54,493 nucleotides of DNA, taken from positions 62,001-116,493 of the forward strand of contig CAUYUJ010000235.1 in NCBI GenBank assembly GCA_963575745.1. The letters run 5' to 3'. The translations under genes and the position numbers were made by a program. Of this stretch, positions 50,336 to 54,493 are shown in pieces; within the stretch, counting starts at the first letter, position 1, and every line of letters begins with the position of its first letter. This DNA is from Prorocentrum cordatum. Lineage: Eukaryota. The notes below the pieces were generated by a model. That model was given only the letters and a program-made list of their open reading frames with translations, searched no databases and was not told the origin of the DNA.

Positions 50336-50590
50336 TTCCAAAAAAAACTCTTGGAAAGCCCTCCTCACGAAGGACCCCGGATTCCTGGAGCCTTTCTCCA
50401 AAAGCCTTCCAGAAGCCCTCCCCGCGAAGAACCCAGGAGTCCTGGAACCTTTCTCCAAAAAAACCTTCCATACAACCGTCCGGAGAACCCCCATCACGAA
50501 GAACCCCGGATTCCTGGAGCCTTTCTCCAAAAACCTTCCAGAAGCCTTCTCCACGAAGAACCCATGAGCCTTGGAACCTTCCAACAAAAA
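50336..50590 (+). repeat. About 60-bp tandem repeat, about 4 copies
   Basis: Unit cgaagaaccc..gga.tcctgga.cctttctccaaaa.ccttcca. Confidence 0.85.
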
Positions 50591-50739
50591 CTGACCCTAA
50601 AACCCTCCTGGAGCGGGGCGGCACGTCGACGATCTCGCAGGGCACGCGTAGCGCGTCGCGGGGGTCGCCGCCGCTGCACGCCGAGCACAGCTTCCCGCCC
50701 GCAGCATCTGTCCCGGCTGGGCCGCCACGGCACGGTCAG

Positions 50740-50830
50740 CGGCGCCAGCATCAAGACGAACAGCCTCGGATTCTACGACGCTGCCGCCACAGTGCTGGAC
50801 GCGCTGCGGCCGCTGGGGCCGCTGGGGCCC
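50740..50830 (+). CDS. Probable further host gene exon (boundaries uncertain)
   Basis: GASIKTNSLGFYDAAATVLDALRPLGPLG is protein-like and GC3-rich. Candidate acceptors are AG at 50704, 50739 and 50748. Confidence 0.45.
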
Positions 50831-51126
50831 AGCCCCAGAGGGTCCAAGGTCTCCGAAAGGGAGGTCTCGATCTCCAGGGCGCACGCGGACCCCCCCCCCT
50901 CGCGGCGGACGGGGGGCCACCACCGGGCCCGAGGGCTTTTTGGTAAAACGGCACCGCATGGGGTCTGGGCAGAAAGAGCTTTCCCAACCAGGAATGGAGG
51001 CTCTGACTTCCAGCACGGGCGCTCCAGCACTGGCGCTCCAGCCTCCAGAACGGGGTAGGCTGCAAGCTCCATGGTGAGGTTTGGGCCCCTCCGCTCTTTA
51101 GGAGATGGAGGAGGTAAAGTTAGGTC

Positions 51127-51740
51127 CCCCTTCGGGGCGCCAAGATAATCGCGACTCGCGCGCCGCGGCCTCCGCTGGAGAGCTGCCCTTCTCCAGGAGA
51201 GCCTCGCGAGGCAGCGACCGAGCGCATCGCGGGGCGCGATGCGCGGGGTGACTTCTCTGGGGGAGGCGACGCCTCTCCTGGAGACCTCAGCCCCCAGGGG
51301 AGAGGTCCCAGCACCCGGCACCTTTGTGGGCCCCGGAACGGCAGGGCCGTTTTTTCACCGATTCCAAAAAAAAACGTCCCTTGAAAATGGAAACGGCAAA
51401 AAAAACGGCGACCGGAAACGACAAAAAAAAACGGCTCCAGGACTGGAACCGGAGCCAGAACCGGTCAAACAACGGCGACGGAACCGGTAAAAAAACGGCG
51501 TCGGAACCGGTACAAAAACGGCAAAACGTAACCGGTAAAAAAGCGGCCCTGTCGCTTCCAGGGCCCACTAAGCCCGGCACTGAGACCTCCAGGTCTGCGG
51601 AGTTTGCCCAGAGCGGGGGGCGCGAAGCGCGAGGTGCGCGGTGGAGTGCGCCCCGCCCCCTTCGCGCCGTCCCCCCCTGGAGAAGGGCAACTTTGCGGCC
51701 AAGGCTGCGCGAAGCGCGATTATCCTCGCGCCCCCGCGGG
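51127..51740. mobile_element. About 610-bp foldback element with arms over 200 bp and an internal array of about 23-bp units
   Basis: gataatcgcg/cgcgattatc, tgcccttctccagg/cctggagaagggca, gtgggccc/gggcccac and cagggccgttttttcaccg/cggtaaaaaagcggccctg pair in nested order; core units aaccggtaaaaaaacggcg. Confidence 0.8.
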
Positions 51741-53254
51741 TGGCAAAGGAGGCGCGAATGCACAGAGCCAGATCAAAGTCGATCTTCGGACCGCTTCCTG
51801 GCCCACCCTGGTCGAGAGAGGAGCTGCGTCCACGACGTGACCGCGAGGGCACCGCTGGAGGCCCAGAAGAGAGGGCAGGCGGCAAGACTGGCAAGTCGTC
51901 GATCATCGACCCCTCCAGTTTGGAGTGGCATTGGATCCTCTGGGCCCGTCTTCCTGAGACCTCTATGTTTTTACGTGATGTATGTCCTCTGCAATGGCTT
52001 GCTTGGCTTCTTGCAAAGAGCGCCCGCATCTTGAGTGTCGAGGCCACATGGTCCGCAATCGGAGGAGGGGCGGGAGGAGGAGGAGGAGGAGGAGGAGGCG
52101 GAGGCGGAGCAGGAGGAGGAGGAGGAGGAGGAGGCGGAGGAGGGGGGGGAGGAGGGGGGGAGGAGGAGGCGGAGGAGGAGGAGGCGGAGGAGGAGGAGGA
52201 GGACGCCGATATTCCGTCCTGGACCAGACCAGCCAGCGCCTCACCTGACCGGCCGCGCCCCCAAGACGAGGCGTGCGCCCGTGGCGCCCGCCCTCGGCTC
52301 GCGTCTTGCGGAGCGCCGCCGAACTTTTTATCCTGCCTCTCGCTTCGCGGGGTGTACGCCCAGCATGCGCAACTTGTCAACCGAGCGACCGCATGTTGCG
52401 GCAGGAGAAGGGGGAGCCAACGGAGAAGGACGAGGAGGTGGAAGCCTTTGACCTCGTGGACTGTCAGGGGTTTGTCTCTCAGGCCCCTCTGTGCCTTGCT
52501 GGCCAGCTCCTATAGTTGTAGGTCGGGGAGTTCTGCCCTGCAGAACTCGGCTTCACATGTCACAGAGGCCACAAGAGGCTTTTGGGAGGTCCCTTGTGGT
52601 CTGCTGCGAGGCTTCTTGGAGGCGTATTGTTGGAAGCGTCTTGGAGGTTCCCACAGAGGGTTCCCCTTCCTAGGGGCAGCTTTTCCTCCTGGGTCTACGG
52701 TTGATAGCCCCGGGCCCGATGACGGGCCCCAGGGGCCTGAGTCGAGAAGAAGCGCCCAGATCTACACAATCAGATCGTCGGAGATCTGGGCCCTCGTCCT
52801 GCCCCCCCTCCTCCTTCGCAGCCGCTTCGGCTCTGGCGGCCCGTGCCCCTACCTCCCCTCCCCCCCCTGCCCCCCCCCTCCCCCCCCCCTGCCCCCCCAG
52901 GGCGTCACCCCTCCCCCCTCCACAATTACTCAATATGAAAATACTCTCCCTCTTCCCCTGATGGCGTCCGGGTGATGGCCGCGCACCCTCCGCGTACTGT
53001 GTTTTTACACACAGGATGCCCGGGAAATCCCGGGAATCGACTCTCGCTGAGGCGCCGGCGTCATTTTTTCCCAAAATGTTGCTCTCGTTGAGGCGCCGGC
53101 CTCATTTCTGCTCCCGAATCGTTCCGAATCGTGCTCCCGCTGCAGCGTGGGCCTCATTTTCGGATCGGTGTTTGGCCTCCGTCGTTCAGGATGGCGTTCT
53201 CGCCCCAGCGCGGGCCTTTTTCTCGCGCGCCCATCCGCCCGCCACCACCGCGCC

Positions 53255-53430
53255 GCACCACCACCACCACCACCACCACCACCACCACCACCACCACCAC
53301 CACCACCAGCACCACACCAGTACCAACACCAACACACACCACCACCACCAGCACCAGCACCCAGCACCACCACCACCACCACCACCACCACCACCACCAC
53401 CACCACCACCACCACCACCACCACCACCAC
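53255..53430. repeat. (CAC)n microsatellite
   Basis: Directly visible. Confidence 0.95.
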
Positions 53431-54493
53431 GACAACCACGCACACACGCACGCACGCACGCACGTGCACCACCACCCACTACGCACGCGCGCGCGGAGCC
53501 ACAGGTCCGCTACGACACGCGTCCGCGGATAGAGAAAATCAGCGCCATGGTAAGGGATGGGAGGGAGGGGTAGGACGCCAGATATGACGCGAGCGCACCT
53601 AGCTTGCCCCCTGCCCCTCCCTCCCCCCGCTCCCCCCCTCCTCCCCCCCCCCCCCTTGCCCCCCCCCCCCCCCCGCCACCCCCAGGGCGTCACCCCTCCG
53701 CGGGCGGCGCCCGAGCGATGGCATCCGCCGGCGCAGCCGCCCCGCCCGCCGGCGGCGGCGGGTGGCACCCGCTGGCGCACATCAGGAAGGCCCCGACCCT
53801 TCAAGGTTCGAGCCTCGAGGTGCGAGCTCCGTGGTGGCGCAAGGGCGGCCAGGGGCGGCCGACAGAGGCTTGGGCGCCCGCTGGCCTCAGTCAGGGGCTG
53901 CGGCTCGCAGGCTTGGGCGGGGTCCGGTGAGACGCACATGCCTGTAGGATCCGATGGCACTCTCTGGCTTCCCCTCCTGGGCTCGCAGGGGCGGCGCTGG
54001 GGGCGCCGCCAGGGGGGCCAGCGCCGATCCAAGAGATCCGCGCCTCGAGGATCTACAGGCTCAAGGTTTTCTGGCCTTCGGGGGCCCCCTTCGTCGCCAC
54101 AGCTGGACGCAGCTCGTAAAACTTCTGATTCTAGATCCTGGCATGTGTCCGGGGACCCATGTTGAGCGGATTTTGAAACCTCCTCGCGTCGTGAACACGG
54201 GCTCCGTGGGCGACAGGGGCATTCGGGAGGCCCGTCCCCATGTTCGGGCTCCCGGGCTCTTCGGGGCGCCGCCAAAAAACGACTCGGGACGAGAAGAACG
54301 TCCCAGGGAAAACCCCTGCCAGACAGCACTTGGCACTCTAGCACGCCGCAACGTGCCAGGGGGCACGTTGGCGGAGTAGCAGCAGAAGGCGGACCAGGAG
54401 GAGGACGATGACGAGGAGGAGGAGGAGGAGGAGGAGGAGGAGGAGGAGGAGGAGCAAGAGGAAGAGGAGGCGGAGGATGAGGAGGAGAGGGAG

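Noticed and set aside
51850..52060. DNA methyltransferase fragment on the minus strand
   Set aside because: No PC or ENV catalytic motifs; the resemblance is superficial.

Overview
Repeat-rich, high-GC eukaryotic DNA, very probably dinoflagellate: it carries a perfect 22-nt dinoflagellate spliced leader (TCCGTAGCCATTTTGGCTCAAG, 23815-23836) and probable GA/GC splice donors. The left half (about 7.8-28.4 kb) holds three different degenerate non-LTR retrotransposons in series on the + strand. LINE A has ZnF/ORF1-like, OTU-like, APE, RT (YMDD) and CCHC parts. LINE B has ORF1, APE, RT (YVDD), RNase H and a ZnF, and is interrupted by microsatellites. LINE C starts exactly at the spliced leader. 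The right half holds a probable multi-exon host gene on the + strand (best exons 40097-40207, 43203-43340, about 50740-50830; helical repeats of the DPIIL/NPRIL type). Its introns contain a 17-copy 90-bp satellite, a 5.75-kb non-coding element bounded by inverted repeats, LINE scraps and microsatellites; a 0.6-kb foldback follows the last recognised exon. A partial FABP/lipocalin-like CDS lies at the left edge. Most listed ORFs are low-complexity or high-GC artefacts. All domain calls come from reading motifs by eye; no searches were run.
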